Positions 10,844 to 20,334 of a stretch of 32,000 nt of DNA are shown here, piece by piece. A program made the translations under genes and the position numbers. How positions within the stretch are numbered: position 1 is the stretch's first letter; every line of letters starts with the position of its first letter. Source of the DNA: Moraxella nasicaprae (GTDB lineage Bacteria > Pseudomonadota > Gammaproteobacteria > Pseudomonadales > Moraxellaceae); assembly GCF_025643275.1 (NCBI RefSeq), contig NZ_CP089977.1, forward strand, positions 2,010,001-2,042,000, in the 5' to 3' direction. The notes below the pieces were generated by a model. That model was not told the DNA's origin. It searched no databases and worked only from the letters and a program-made list of their open reading frames with translations.

Positions 10844-12130
10844 ATGCCAAAAAATCCTTTTGACTTTGCCAAAAAAGGGCTGACACAAGGTGTGAATGTC
10901 TTAGGTCGCCTACAAAAAACCGCCAGCGTGGCAGGGCTGTCTGCCTTGCGAGTGGCAAAGGGCGAGCCCATCAATGGTCAGCTTTTAAAAGAATCTTTTG
11001 AGCAGATGGGCGTTACCTATATCAAACTGGGGCAATTTATTGCAAGTACACCATCTATATTTCCCAAAGACTATGTCATTGCATTTCAAGATTGTCTAGA
11101 CCAAACCACGCCTGTGCCATTTACCCATATTCGCCAAGTACTGATTGATGAGTTGCAGACAGATGAGCGGGGGCTGGGCGATATTTTTTCGCACATTGAC
11201 CCAAAACCTTTGGCATCTGCCAGCATCGCCCAAGTACATAAGGCAACTTTGGTTGATGGTCGTCAAGTGGCTTTAAAAGTCCAAAAACCTAATGTGCAGA
11301 CCATCATGCAGACGGATTTGAATGTTTTGCATTCGGTATTTTGGGTGCTTGAAAAAGCAGTACCTAGCCTAAAAGCCGCCAATCTGGCTCCGATTGTTGA
11401 TGAAATTCGCCAAAGAATGCTGGCGGAGACCGATTTTTTGGCAGAAAGTGCCAATATCGACCGTTTTTTGACAACCCTAAAACAAATGGGCAATGCCAAA
11501 GTTACTGCACCCACCGTGCATCATAATCTTTCTACCAAAAAGGTACTGGTGATGGATTTGCTATTGGGTCAGTCATTGATTGATGATGTTTATCAAGGGA
11601 CAACCGATGAGCGTCGCCAGCTGATGAGCGATGTGCTAGACACTTGGTTTTTGGCGTTGATGATGACTGGTGAGTTTCATGCTGATTTGCACGCAGGCAA
11701 TCTGATGCTGCTCAATGATGGGCGTTTGGCTTTCTTGGATTTTGGCTTGATTGGCAAAATTGACCCAAAAAGTTTGCAAGCCTGTTTTGCTTTGGTGCAA
11801 AGTTTGCAAGCAAACGACCATGACGGCATGGCAAGAGCGATGGTGGATATTGGCATGACCAAAAAAGCCGAACAAATGGACATTGACCGACTCAGTCAGG
11901 ATTTGCAAAGTGTGCTTGGCAAAATCACGCCACAAACCAATGGTAATGATGGGCTAAATGCCATGATGTTAGAAATGGTTGAGATTGGCAAGCGACATGG
12001 CATTCATTTTCCACGAGATTTTGCTCTTTTGACCAAGCAATTGCTGTATTTTGACCGTTTTATGGTAACGCTTGCCCCTGATATGGACTTATTTGAGGGA
12101 GAACGCCTAAAACTGGTGAGTATGCCCTAA
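10844..12130 (+). CDS. ABC1/AarF/UbiB-family atypical protein kinase
   Basis: ABC1 kinase blocks GVTYIKLGQFIASTPSIFP, PLASASIAQVHKA, FHADLHAGNL and FLDFGLIG. The track start at 10778 is GTG. The ATG at 10844 (MPKNPFDF) follows an AAGAG Shine-Dalgarno and is preferred. Confidence 0.85.
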   Translation: MPKNPFDFAKKGLTQGVNVLGRLQKTASVAGLSALRVAKGEPINGQLLKESFEQMGVTYIKLGQFIASTPSIFPKDYVIAFQDCLDQTTPVPFTHIRQVLIDELQTDERGLGDIFSHIDPKPLASASIAQVHKATLVDGRQVALKVQKPNVQTIMQTDLNVLHSVFWVLEKAVPSLKAANLAPIVDEIRQRMLAETDFLAESANIDRFLTTLKQMGNAKVTAPTVHHNLSTKKVLVMDLLLGQSLIDDVYQGTTDERRQLMSDVLDTWFLALMMTGEFHADLHAGNLMLLNDGRLAFLDFGLIGKIDPKSLQACFALVQSLQANDHDGMARAMVDIGMTKKAEQMDIDRLSQDLQSVLGKITPQTNGNDGLNAMMLEMVEIGKRHGIHFPRDFALLTKQLLYFDRFMVTLAPDMDLFEGERLKLVSMP

Positions 12131-12144
12131 GCCATCGCAAAACC

Positions 12145-12187
12145 AAAAAAACAATGAGCCAAGAGCGTTTCTTGGCTCATTGTTTTA
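12145..12187. terminator. Bidirectional rho-independent terminator
   Basis: Perfect 14-bp stem acaatgagccaaga (12151-12164) / tcttggctcattgt (12170-12183) with a 5-nt loop. An A-run lies upstream and a T-run downstream, between convergent genes. Confidence 0.85.
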
Positions 12188-12196
12188 TCTTTTGTA

Positions 12197-13576
12197 TTAG
12201 GAAAGCTGTGCCAAATGCTCGTCCAGCACTTCTGCCAGTTCGTCCGCCAAAGTTTTTCTTAGATTGGCTTTTTCATCATAGCCTAAGGTTAGACTGCTAT
12301 AATGAGGCAGGCTTCTGGCTTTTTTGAGGGATTTTGGCAGCTTACCAGTTTGCCAAGGCAGGGCATGATGCTCGGTTGTGATGGCATTGAGGCTGGCATG
12401 TCCACGATGACGCAGGCTATAATGCAGGTTTTGGGCTTGGGCGGCAAGCAGGGTTAGTGTTGCCTCATCAATCATCAAGGTTTTTACGCCTGTGGCTTTA
12501 TCTTTGATGGTGCTGGTGTTGGGCAAGAGTCCGCCAAGCAAACCACCAACCGCTGTACCGAGCCCCAGACTTGCCCCAAAAGTTGCAATATCAATACCTG
12601 CACCAATAATCATGCCCGCAGCACTACCGCCAGCCGTGCGAATCCCATAGCGTGTCAGCAGTTCGCCATCAAATATATCCTGTTCTTGCCCCAAGATGTC
12701 GATTTGTTGGTCGTTAATTTGAATATGATAAAATTTATAAAGATTTAATAATTTATCATGCAAAATCGTTTGGGCTTGGCGAACGCTGTTTTGCATCAAA
12801 CTTAGCGTGGGTGCAGGGTCGTCATTTTCGCTGATTTTTTGGCTAAAACTGGCCACATTGATGAGAAAATCAGCGATGAGCAAACTACCCGTTTCTTGTA
12901 GGCGTTGCCAGATGTCTTGTCGTTCTTGTTGTAGCTGTTTGATGTTTTGATGATTGCTTAATATCGCCAAATGATGCCACAATGACATTTCAGCATCAAA
13001 CTCAAAAGCTACCGTATCAAAGGCACTACTGATGTGCAAGGCACGACGAGAAAGCATCTCACGCCAGTTGTGCATGTTTTGTTCATTGCCTTTGATGAAA
13101 TTAAAGACAGGCAAGACGGGTGTGCCAGAGCTTGCCAAGATTGCCAATTCGTCTTTATACTTTGATAAAACAGGCTCACGAGCGTCAATCACATATAGGG
13201 CGACATCAGCATCTAGCAGACTGCGAATCACTTTGGCTTCTTGGCTAAAATCATCGGTCAGATTGGCATCTTGATGATGTACCGCCGCCAAAAATTGATG
13301 CAATCGCTCCACGCCATCAAATCGTGCATCGGTATGTTCGTGCAGATAGTTCATCACGCCTGTGGCATCTTCTAAGCCGGGGGTGTCGTGTAGTACTAGC
13401 AAAGGTTGACCATGCTCGCTTAAAATCTGCACCGCTTCAACATGGCGAGTGGTTGCCGATGCGTTTTTGACTTCGCCAAATTCACTGTCTCGTAGTAGGG
13501 TGCGAAGTAGGGAGGTTTTGCCAGTGTTGGTATGCCCAACCACTGACAGGACAAAGGGGTCAGTCGCATTGTTCAT
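12197..13576 (-). CDS. GTPase with a C-terminal glycine-rich membrane region (GTPase/DUF3482-type)
   Basis: 459 aa. P-loop VVGHTNTGKTSL, G3 motif HDTPGLED, then a long helical region and the Gly-rich hydrophobic segment GGSAAGMIIGAGIDIATFGASLGLGTAVGGLLGGLL. Confidence 0.75.
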   Translation of the reverse strand: MNNATDPFVLSVVGHTNTGKTSLLRTLLRDSEFGEVKNASATTRHVEAVQILSEHGQPLLVLHDTPGLEDATGVMNYLHEHTDARFDGVERLHQFLAAVHHQDANLTDDFSQEAKVIRSLLDADVALYVIDAREPVLSKYKDELAILASSGTPVLPVFNFIKGNEQNMHNWREMLSRRALHISSAFDTVAFEFDAEMSLWHHLAILSNHQNIKQLQQERQDIWQRLQETGSLLIADFLINVASFSQKISENDDPAPTLSLMQNSVRQAQTILHDKLLNLYKFYHIQINDQQIDILGQEQDIFDGELLTRYGIRTAGGSAAGMIIGAGIDIATFGASLGLGTAVGGLLGGLLPNTSTIKDKATGVKTLMIDEATLTLLAAQAQNLHYSLRHRGHASLNAITTEHHALPWQTGKLPKSLKKARSLPHYSSLTLGYDEKANLRKTLADELAEVLDEHLAQLS

Positions 13577-13781
13577 GGGTATTTATCGAAAAGAAATTTG
13601 TTGTATTATAGGGCGATTGATGATGAAAAAAAAGCCATTTGATGATTTTCTTTGTCTGAGTGAATCTGCCAAGATGGCTTGCACGATGGGGGCGGTTTGG
13701 TTTATAATTTTATTGTGTTACACTTTGTCATACTAAGACATTCATCATCTTAATTTAAGCAAAAAAGAAAAGGATACCATC

Positions 13782-14984
13782 ATGAGCATTGTTGCAATGA
13801 AATCGCTGGATTTATCAGGTAAGCGAGTGCTGATTCGTGAAGATTTGAATGTACCCATCAAGGACGGTATCATCACCAGCGATGTACGCTTACAAGCTGC
13901 ATTACCCACCATCAAAGATGCTTTGGCACAAGGAGCTATCGTACTGGTGGCATCGCATCTGGGTCGTCCAACCGAAGGCGAGATTGAAGAAAAATATTCA
14001 CTCAAACCCATTGCTGACTATCTTGCCAAGCACCTAGATTGCCCTGTGCATTTTTCGACAGATTATCTACAAAATGGCGTATCAGCACAGGCTGGCGAAT
14101 TGGTCTTGCTTGAAAATGTGCGTTTTAATGTTGGCGAAAAGAAAAATAGCCCAGAGCTTGCCAAGCAGTATGCCGATTTGTGCGATGTGTTTGTGATGGA
14201 TGCATTTGGCACAGCTCATAGAGCCCAAGCCTCAACCGAAGGCGTGATTCGTGCCGCAGCCAAAGATGGCAAGCCTGTTTGTTCTGGCAATCTTTTGACT
14301 GCTGAGCTTGATGCTTTGTCTCGTGCTTTGGATAATCCTGCTGCTCCTGTGCTTGCCATTGTTGGTGGCTCAAAAGTCTCAACCAAACTTGATGTACTAC
14401 TAAGCCTTGCTGAAAAATGTGACAGCATTGTCGTGGGCGGTGGTATTGCCAATACTTTCTTGGCAGCGACAGGCGTGAATGTGGGTGCGTCATTGTATGA
14501 GCCTGATTTGGTGGAGACCGCCAAGCAAATCATGCAAAAAACCAACATTTTGTTGCCAAACGAAGTGGTGGTGGCGGACAAATCACAAATCGACTTTGAT
14601 GATTTTTTAGGCTCGCTTGCTAAGGCAGAGGCGGTGGTTAAGTCGGTCGATGCGATTGGAGATAATGAGATGATTTTGGACATCTCACAAGGCAGTGCCG
14701 AACAGATTGCCAAACATATTTTTGATGCCAAAACCATTCTTTGGAATGGACCTGTTGGGGTGTTTGAGGTAGATAAATTTGGCACAGGTACCAAAATCTT
14801 ATCCTTGGCGGTCAAGGACAGTGCAGGTTTTAGTATTGCAGGCGGTGGCGATACTTTGGCAGCCATTGATAAATACCAAGTGGCTGATGATGTCAGCTAT
14901 CTATCAACAGGTGGTGGTGCTTTCTTGGAATTTGTTGAAGGCAAAGAATTGCCAGCCATCGCTGCATTGGCAAGCCAAGCATAA
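13782..14984 (+). CDS. pgk: Phosphoglycerate kinase
   Basis: 400 aa with PGK blocks [43 protein letters not shown]. Confidence 0.95.
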   Translation: MSIVAMKSLDLSGKRVLIREDLNVPIKDGIITSDVRLQAALPTIKDALAQGAIVLVASHLGRPTEGEIEEKYSLKPIADYLAKHLDCPVHFSTDYLQNGVSAQAGELVLLENVRFNVGEKKNSPELAKQYADLCDVFVMDAFGTAHRAQASTEGVIRAAAKDGKPVCSGNLLTAELDALSRALDNPAAPVLAIVGGSKVSTKLDVLLSLAEKCDSIVVGGGIANTFLAATGVNVGASLYEPDLVETAKQIMQKTNILLPNEVVVADKSQIDFDDFLGSLAKAEAVVKSVDAIGDNEMILDISQGSAEQIAKHIFDAKTILWNGPVGVFEVDKFGTGTKILSLAVKDSAGFSIAGGGDTLAAIDKYQVADDVSYLSTGGGAFLEFVEGKELPAIAALASQA

Positions 14985-15129
14985 ATTTGTCAAGTGATTG
15001 GCGAAGCATATTTTGTTATTTTTTGTGATTTTGCTGGCTTAGGGCTTGTCAAAAGCACACCAAAACGCTAAACTAAGCAAGGATTTTATCAAGTTTCATC
15101 AAAGTGCATTTTTGATGACCAAAGAGAGA

Positions 15130-15411
15130 ATGAAGATGAAAAAAATTGCATTGTTTATGCTTGTGGCCGTAACCGCAGGTGCATTGGTTGCTTGCAATAA
15201 GCCAGCCGAAGAAAAAGCGGTCGATGGTCAAGAACAAAAAACTGCCGAAGTTGCCAAAGAGGCAGAAGCTGCTGCCCAAGAGCCAGCATCAAGCGAGCCA
15301 GCCCAAGAACAGCAGGCGAATCAAGATGCACCAGCAGCTGACGCACAGCCAGCAACCACGCCACAAGAAGATACTGCGGAATCCAAAGTATCAGAAGACC
15401 AAAAGTACTAA
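15130..15411 (+). CDS. Small secreted lipoprotein with an acidic A/E/Q/P-rich low-complexity body
   Basis: Signal peptide MKMKKIALFMLVAVTAGALVAC with lipobox LVAC, then a low-complexity tail. The track ORF (15046) is over-extended. ATGs at 15130 and 15136 follow GAGAGA. Confidence 0.7.
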   Translation: MKMKKIALFMLVAVTAGALVACNKPAEEKAVDGQEQKTAEVAKEAEAAAQEPASSEPAQEQQANQDAPAADAQPATTPQEDTAESKVSEDQKY

Positions 15412-15433
15412 TAAAGTCCATTTGGGATTATAT

Positions 15434-15468
15434 AAAACCAGTACGCCATCGTGCTGGTTTTATTTTAT
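15434..15468 (+). terminator. Rho-independent terminator after the lipoprotein gene
   Basis: Stem aaaaccagtacg (15434-15445) / cgtgctggtttt (15450-15461) with one G-U pair and loop ccat, followed by a T-rich tail. Confidence 0.75.
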
Positions 15469-15588
15469 CTGATGGTATGTGATTTATAAAAATTATAATA
15501 TATGTAAAATTGATTAAAAAAACCAATTATAATAATGATAAAAAACTTTGCCCAAAATCCAGCAAATGATGCACGCCATCAAAAATTT

Positions 15589-15597
15589 TGTTATAAT
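15589..15597 (+). promoter_or_regulatory. Predicted extended -10 promoter element for fba
   Basis: TGtTATAAT at 15589-15597, about 50 nt upstream of the fba GTG start in an AT-rich intergenic region. Prediction from sequence only. Confidence 0.4.
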
Positions 15598-15646
15598 AGA
15601 AAAATAACTTTGTGATACATTTTTTATTCATCATCAGGAGAACATC

Positions 15647-16684
15647 GTGGCATTAGTATCTTTACGCCAACTTCTTGACCATGCAGGCGAACATGCTTAT
15701 GGTCTGCCAGCTTTTAATGTCAATAACTTAGAGCAAATGCGTGCCATCATGATGGCAGCGGACAAGACTGACTCGCCAGTGATTGTTCAGGCATCAGCAG
15801 GTGCTAGAAAGTACGCAGGTGCACCATTTTTGCGTCATTTGATTTTGTCCGCCATTGAAGAATGGCCGCACATTCCTGTGGTTATGCACCAAGACCATGG
15901 CACCAGTCCAGCCGTCTGCCAACGCTCGATTCAGCTTGGTTTTAGTTCTGTCATGATGGACGGTTCTTTAAAAGAAGACGGCAAAACCCCAGCAGATTAT
16001 GAATACAATGTGGGCGTGACCCGTGAAGTGGTGCGTATGGCACATGCTTGTGGTGTGTCAGTAGAGGGTGAGATTGGCTGTCTAGGTAGTCTTGAAACTG
16101 GCATGGCAGGCGAAGAAGATGGTGTGGGTGCAGAGGGTGTGCTTGACCACAGCCAGCTATTGACTTCGGTAGAGGAGGCTAAGCAGTTTGTTGCCGATAC
16201 CAATGTGGACGCTTTGGCGATTGCAGTGGGTACTTCACATGGTGCTTATAAATTTACTCGTCCACCAACAGGCGACATTTTGGCGATTGACCGCATCAAA
16301 GAGATTCATGAGGCATTGCCAAACACGCATTTGGTGATGCACGGTTCATCAAGCGTTCCACAAGAATGGCTACAAATCATCAATGAAAACGGCGGTCAGA
16401 TTGGCGAAACTTATGGTGTGCCAGTTGAGCAGTTGGTTGATGCCATCAAGCATGGTGTGCGTAAAATCAACATCGATACCGATTTGCGTTTGGCAAGTAC
16501 AGGGGCGATTCGTCGTTTCTTGAATGAACACCCAGCCGAATTTGACCCACGCAAATATTTGGCAGCGTCAATCAAGGCGATGGAAGAGATTTGTGTGGCT
16601 CGCTACGAAGCCTTTGGTAGTGCAGGTAATGCCAGCAAAATCCGCCCAATCAGCCTAGAAAAAATGGTGGATTATTATAAATAA
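15647..16684 (+). CDS. fba: Class II fructose-bisphosphate aldolase
   Basis: 345 aa with a GTG start. Blocks [45 protein letters not shown]. Confidence 0.95.
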   Translation: MALVSLRQLLDHAGEHAYGLPAFNVNNLEQMRAIMMAADKTDSPVIVQASAGARKYAGAPFLRHLILSAIEEWPHIPVVMHQDHGTSPAVCQRSIQLGFSSVMMDGSLKEDGKTPADYEYNVGVTREVVRMAHACGVSVEGEIGCLGSLETGMAGEEDGVGAEGVLDHSQLLTSVEEAKQFVADTNVDALAIAVGTSHGAYKFTRPPTGDILAIDRIKEIHEALPNTHLVMHGSSSVPQEWLQIINENGGQIGETYGVPVEQLVDAIKHGVRKINIDTDLRLASTGAIRRFLNEHPAEFDPRKYLAASIKAMEEICVARYEAFGSAGNASKIRPISLEKMVDYYK

Positions 16685-16705
16685 TCTTGAATACTGATTG
16701 AGTTG

Positions 16706-16745
16706 ATAAACCAAGTTCAATATTGGGCTTGGTTTATTTTATATG
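16706..16745 (+). terminator. Probable rho-independent terminator after fba
   Basis: ataaaccaag (16706-16715) pairs with cttggtttat (16728-16737) and is followed by a T-rich tail. The loop is fairly large at 12 nt. Confidence 0.55.
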
Positions 16746-16764
16746 AAATAAATGATGGGGTAGA

Positions 16765-17382
16765 ATGATGATTGCGTTGATTCGAGGTGAGATTTGCCAT
16801 TTGTCAGCACCAACCGTTTGTGTGATGACCCAAAGTGGTGTCGGTTATGAGATTGAATTGCCCATTCCTGATTTTTGTCAATTAACACTTGGCAGTTCGG
16901 TAACTTTATTCACGCATCTACATGTGCGAGAAGATGCCCAATTATTATTTGGCTTTTTGGAAAAGCAGGATAGGGAGGTCTTTCGAACGCTCATTAAAAT
17001 CACAGGCGTTGGGGCAAAAATGGCATTGGCTATGCTTTCTGCCATGCCAGCATCACAGCTAAAACGAGCGGTGGAGATGGATGATGACCACGCCCTAACC
17101 AAAATTCCTGGCATTGGCAAAAAAACCGCTCAACGCTTAGTGATTGAATTAAAAGGCAAGCTGACCGATATTGGTGTCGTATCCATGCAAGATGACGGAG
17201 GATTGTTCCAAGTGGAGACAACAGGTTCTGTCATGCAGGTCATTGCCGAAGTAGAAAGTGCGTTGATTAGTTTGGGCTATAAAGAAAAAGAAGCCCAAAA
17301 TGCCATTAAGAAAGTACAAAGTGATGAGCAGGACACCCAAGCATTGTTAAAAGCTGCCTTAAAGCAGTTGTCAGGGTTTTAA
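16765..17382 (+). CDS. ruvA: Holliday junction branch-migration complex subunit RuvA
   Basis: 205 aa. MIALIRGEI..., GVGYEI, and helix-hairpin-helix motifs ITGVGAKMALAMLS and IPGIGKKTAQRLVIELK. The start could be 16765 or 16768. Confidence 0.92.
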   Translation: MMIALIRGEICHLSAPTVCVMTQSGVGYEIELPIPDFCQLTLGSSVTLFTHLHVREDAQLLFGFLEKQDREVFRTLIKITGVGAKMALAMLSAMPASQLKRAVEMDDDHALTKIPGIGKKTAQRLVIELKGKLTDIGVVSMQDDGGLFQVETTGSVMQVIAEVESALISLGYKEKEAQNAIKKVQSDEQDTQALLKAALKQLSGF

Positions 17383-18061
17383 AGGCGGCTGTCCGAATAT
17401 ACCCATAGGAGCGATGAATGGCAACATTGCCAATTTTGCGGTCTGAAAATTCACAAATTTACAAACTCATATCAAGACAAAAAGCATGAGTATTGCAATG
17501 AGTATAAGTTTAAATTTCGTCTTATTTTTTTAAAATAACCTTGCCAGCTAGTCTAATTCGAAGTTTGTATTTTACTGGGCTGATGGAGTAAATCTAAGTT
17601 TTCTTGTTGTCTTCAAACTTTTCATATCCATTAAGACTTATCCAAATCATCACGAACAAGCCATGTCAATTTTTCTATCATCATGATTTTGGATACAAAA
17701 AGCATCAGATACAATTTTAGGGATTGCAGTCATGCCAATCAGGTAAATATTGGCATGATAAGGGAAAGCTTATCTTGGCTGGTGTGTACAAATACCTTAT
17801 TTAACAAATGTTTTGTGTAATTAACTTCAAATTATAAAAATCAATAAGTTAATTAATTATATTTGATTTTTAGTTCACAAACAAGTATTTTTACCATTTT
17901 TATGCCGTATCTGTACCAGAACAAGGGTAGAAAAAGTGGTCTTTTGGATTTGAATACATGCCCATCCCACCCTCATTTAACCACCCCATAAAAAACCGCC
18001 AGCCAAGCTAATTTGCCTAACTGATGGTTTTCTGATTGATTGGTTTGCTATCAATTTGCTT

Positions 18062-20005
18062 TTAAAAGCTCATCCCCAAACTTACACCACTGACCCAATC
18101 TTTGTTTGAAAAACCTGTGGGCTCACTAATTGCTTTTGAGGTGAAAACATCGTAATTAAAACTTAGGTGGGGGTTGTTTGTGTTTGGTGTGTATTGTCCT
18201 TTGATACCTATGGCAGCACCTGCTAGATGTTGTCCAAGCAATAGCTCATTTTGGCTTTTGTCGTGGTTGCTAACATAACCTGCATCCAATCCTAGATAGA
18301 TGGCATGGCTAGATTGGCTGTTTTGTGAGTTGTTTTGATTGGTTGTGGTGCTTTGTTTGGTTGTTTGTTGTTGATTTAGAAAGCTTGGATAAAAGCTGAT
18401 ATCTTGTCTTATCAAGATGCCATTATCCGCAGATAATGAACGCTCTCCATCAAAACCTCTGACGGTGTATCTGCCACCAATCGCCATTTTTAAATCTGGT
18501 GTTAGACTGTCAGTGGCGTATTGGGCTTTGAGTGTGGTGCTGTGGACAACGGGTAGTGGCTTATTTCTTATGATTGGATTGTATCTACTGGTTAGACCCA
18601 AGGTTAGCTGATAGATACCAACACGAGATGAGCCTTCATCAAACAGCTCTTCTGGCGATGGCAAGGCATTAAAAGCGGCGGTACCACGTTTATAAGAAAT
18701 ATCGGTGCTTAGGCTATGATTGGCTTGTTTGCCAAAAGCGGTCTCATGGCTAATGCCAAATAAATAACCTGCAGTTTTACGGGTTTGCACATCAATGGTC
18801 GTACCATCAATATCACTTTCTTGGGATTTGATATAGCCGCTAGTATATACATGGCTTTTACTGCGAGCATCTCTATGCACCAGATGAGATAATTTGGCGG
18901 TATATTGATTGGACTTACCGCCATAGACATAATCTTGGTTACTACCCGCCACAGTTTGATGGTAGGTGTAGTGATTGGCGTTGAGTTGTAATAAGCTGTT
19001 TTTAATGGGAATAACATAACCCATACTGTAATTCTTAGAGCCTTTGCTCTTATCAGACGGATAGTCTTTGTCATCATTGATTTGATTACCCAAATCTCGC
19101 CCAAAGCTAAGATAGAATAAATCATTATAGTTTGCCAGATTATCTAGGCTAAGTGTCGCCATGCCTTGATATTTGCCTGTGGATTTAGAGCCTGAATCAT
19201 CAATGCTTAGACTGCCACGAAGACGGCGGTGTTGGGCATAATCAATTAAAATATCACTAAAGCCAATGCCGTTACCAACAGGTTTATTGTTTTTATCATG
19301 ACCAATTGCTTGCAACCCATCAGATGGTGCAATCTTAAAATTGGCATCAGCACTTGGCACGCGTTTAAAGTTCTCAAGCGTGGTTTCCAAATCACGGATG
19401 TTTAACAGCTTACCTGATTGAGTGGTTAAGGCGGTGTCTAAGATAGCAGGATAAGCCATATTTGTCTGTTTAACATAGACAGGTACTTTACTATCGGCTG
19501 TATTGACCACCACCTGAGCAATCTTACCTGGGATTAAGGTTAATCTTAACTTCCCACCTGCCAAATTCTGATCAGCTACCATAATACGACTGGTGACATA
19601 GCCTTTGTCAATCAAGCGATTTTGCACACGAGTGGCAATGGCATTGATGTCAGCAACTGTCATGCACTTACCTAATACACTGTGATTACCCATGATTTCA
19701 GGCATGAGTGCAAAGCCAAGCTTGTCTGCAAAGATGGCATCATCAGCTGATAACACCGAATAGCTTATCTGATGAATATCAAAGCAAATGGCGTTATCTG
19801 CTACGGCTTGTTCTTGGGTTTGGGCAACCATATTGGCAGAAACAGCATCCACCACCACGCTTGGATTTGGCACTAATTGTTCAAGCAATGCCTGATTGCG
19901 AGCATCTTGGGTTTGGATTAGGGTTTGGTTGGCGGTGTTGGCAGAGACGGTGTTATGAACCAAAATTGCAATAATTGTGGTGGCAAGGATTGTTGGTCTA
20001 ATCAT
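18062..20005 (-). CDS. cdiB: Two-partner-secretion outer-membrane transporter (ShlB/FhaC/HecB family, CdiB/TpsB)
   Basis: 647 aa. Signal peptide MIRPTILATTIIAILVHNTVSA. POTRA-type block GKCMTVADINAIATRVQNRLIDKGYVTSRIMVADQNLAGGKLRLTLIPGKI. C-terminal beta-barrel with RYTVRGFDG and a terminal ...GMSF. Adjacent to and divergent from the large exoprotein. Confidence 0.92.
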   Translation of the reverse strand: MIRPTILATTIIAILVHNTVSANTANQTLIQTQDARNQALLEQLVPNPSVVVDAVSANMVAQTQEQAVADNAICFDIHQISYSVLSADDAIFADKLGFALMPEIMGNHSVLGKCMTVADINAIATRVQNRLIDKGYVTSRIMVADQNLAGGKLRLTLIPGKIAQVVVNTADSKVPVYVKQTNMAYPAILDTALTTQSGKLLNIRDLETTLENFKRVPSADANFKIAPSDGLQAIGHDKNNKPVGNGIGFSDILIDYAQHRRLRGSLSIDDSGSKSTGKYQGMATLSLDNLANYNDLFYLSFGRDLGNQINDDKDYPSDKSKGSKNYSMGYVIPIKNSLLQLNANHYTYHQTVAGSNQDYVYGGKSNQYTAKLSHLVHRDARSKSHVYTSGYIKSQESDIDGTTIDVQTRKTAGYLFGISHETAFGKQANHSLSTDISYKRGTAAFNALPSPEELFDEGSSRVGIYQLTLGLTSRYNPIIRNKPLPVVHSTTLKAQYATDSLTPDLKMAIGGRYTVRGFDGERSLSADNGILIRQDISFYPSFLNQQQTTKQSTTTNQNNSQNSQSSHAIYLGLDAGYVSNHDKSQNELLLGQHLAGAAIGIKGQYTPNTNNPHLSFNYDVFTSKAISEPTGFSNKDWVSGVSLGMSF

Positions 20006-20041
20006 AGGTGCATTCCAGCAGCGTATTTAAGAATATTACAT

Positions 20042-20070
20042 ATTGTAACCATACAAACACAATCTTACAA
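20042..20070 (-). promoter_or_regulatory. Predicted sigma70-type promoter for cdiB
   Basis: On the minus strand: -35 TTGTAA (rc of 20065-20070), 17-nt spacer, -10 TACAAT (rc of 20042-20047). It lies about 37 nt upstream of the cdiB ATG. Prediction only. Confidence 0.35.
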
Positions 20071-20087
20071 TCTCATTTAAATTACCA

Positions 20088-20116
20088 TTGCTGCATTTAT
20101 ACATATTTGTTACAAT
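20088..20116 (+). promoter_or_regulatory. Predicted sigma70-type promoter for cdiA
   Basis: -35 TTGCTG (20088-20093), 17-nt spacer containing a TG extension (20108-20109), and -10 TACAAT (20111-20116). It lies 32 nt upstream of the cdiA ATG. Prediction only. Confidence 0.35.
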
Positions 20117-20148
20117 GTAGTTGCTCTGCATTTTAAAAGAAAAGCTGT

Positions 20149-20334
20149 ATGAACCGCATATATAAAACCGTCTTTAACAAATCCACACAGACTTGGATGG
20201 CGGTTTGTGAATATGCTCGTCGTGTTGGTTGTGGCGGTGCAAGTAGCACCAGCAAATCTGCGGCACGAGGCGTAGCGGGTTCTATTACTTTCTTATCCTT
20301 TGCAGTACTTATGGCTTTACAGTCAGCCCATGCA
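20149..20334 (+). other. Extended signal peptide region (ESPR) plus Sec signal of CdiA
   Basis: The MNRIYK..FNK...W.AV.E.A.R motif is typical of ESPR-bearing TPS/autotransporter proteins. It is followed by the hydrophobic core ITFLSFAVLMALQSAHA, with predicted cleavage after AHA (aa 62). Confidence 0.75.

Noticed and set aside
13449-14011. ORFs 13449..13736 (+) and 13745..14011 (-) in and around the GTPase-pgk intergenic region
   Set aside because: Each overlaps a well-supported gene in antisense and has no motifs. The intergenic part most likely holds the promoters.
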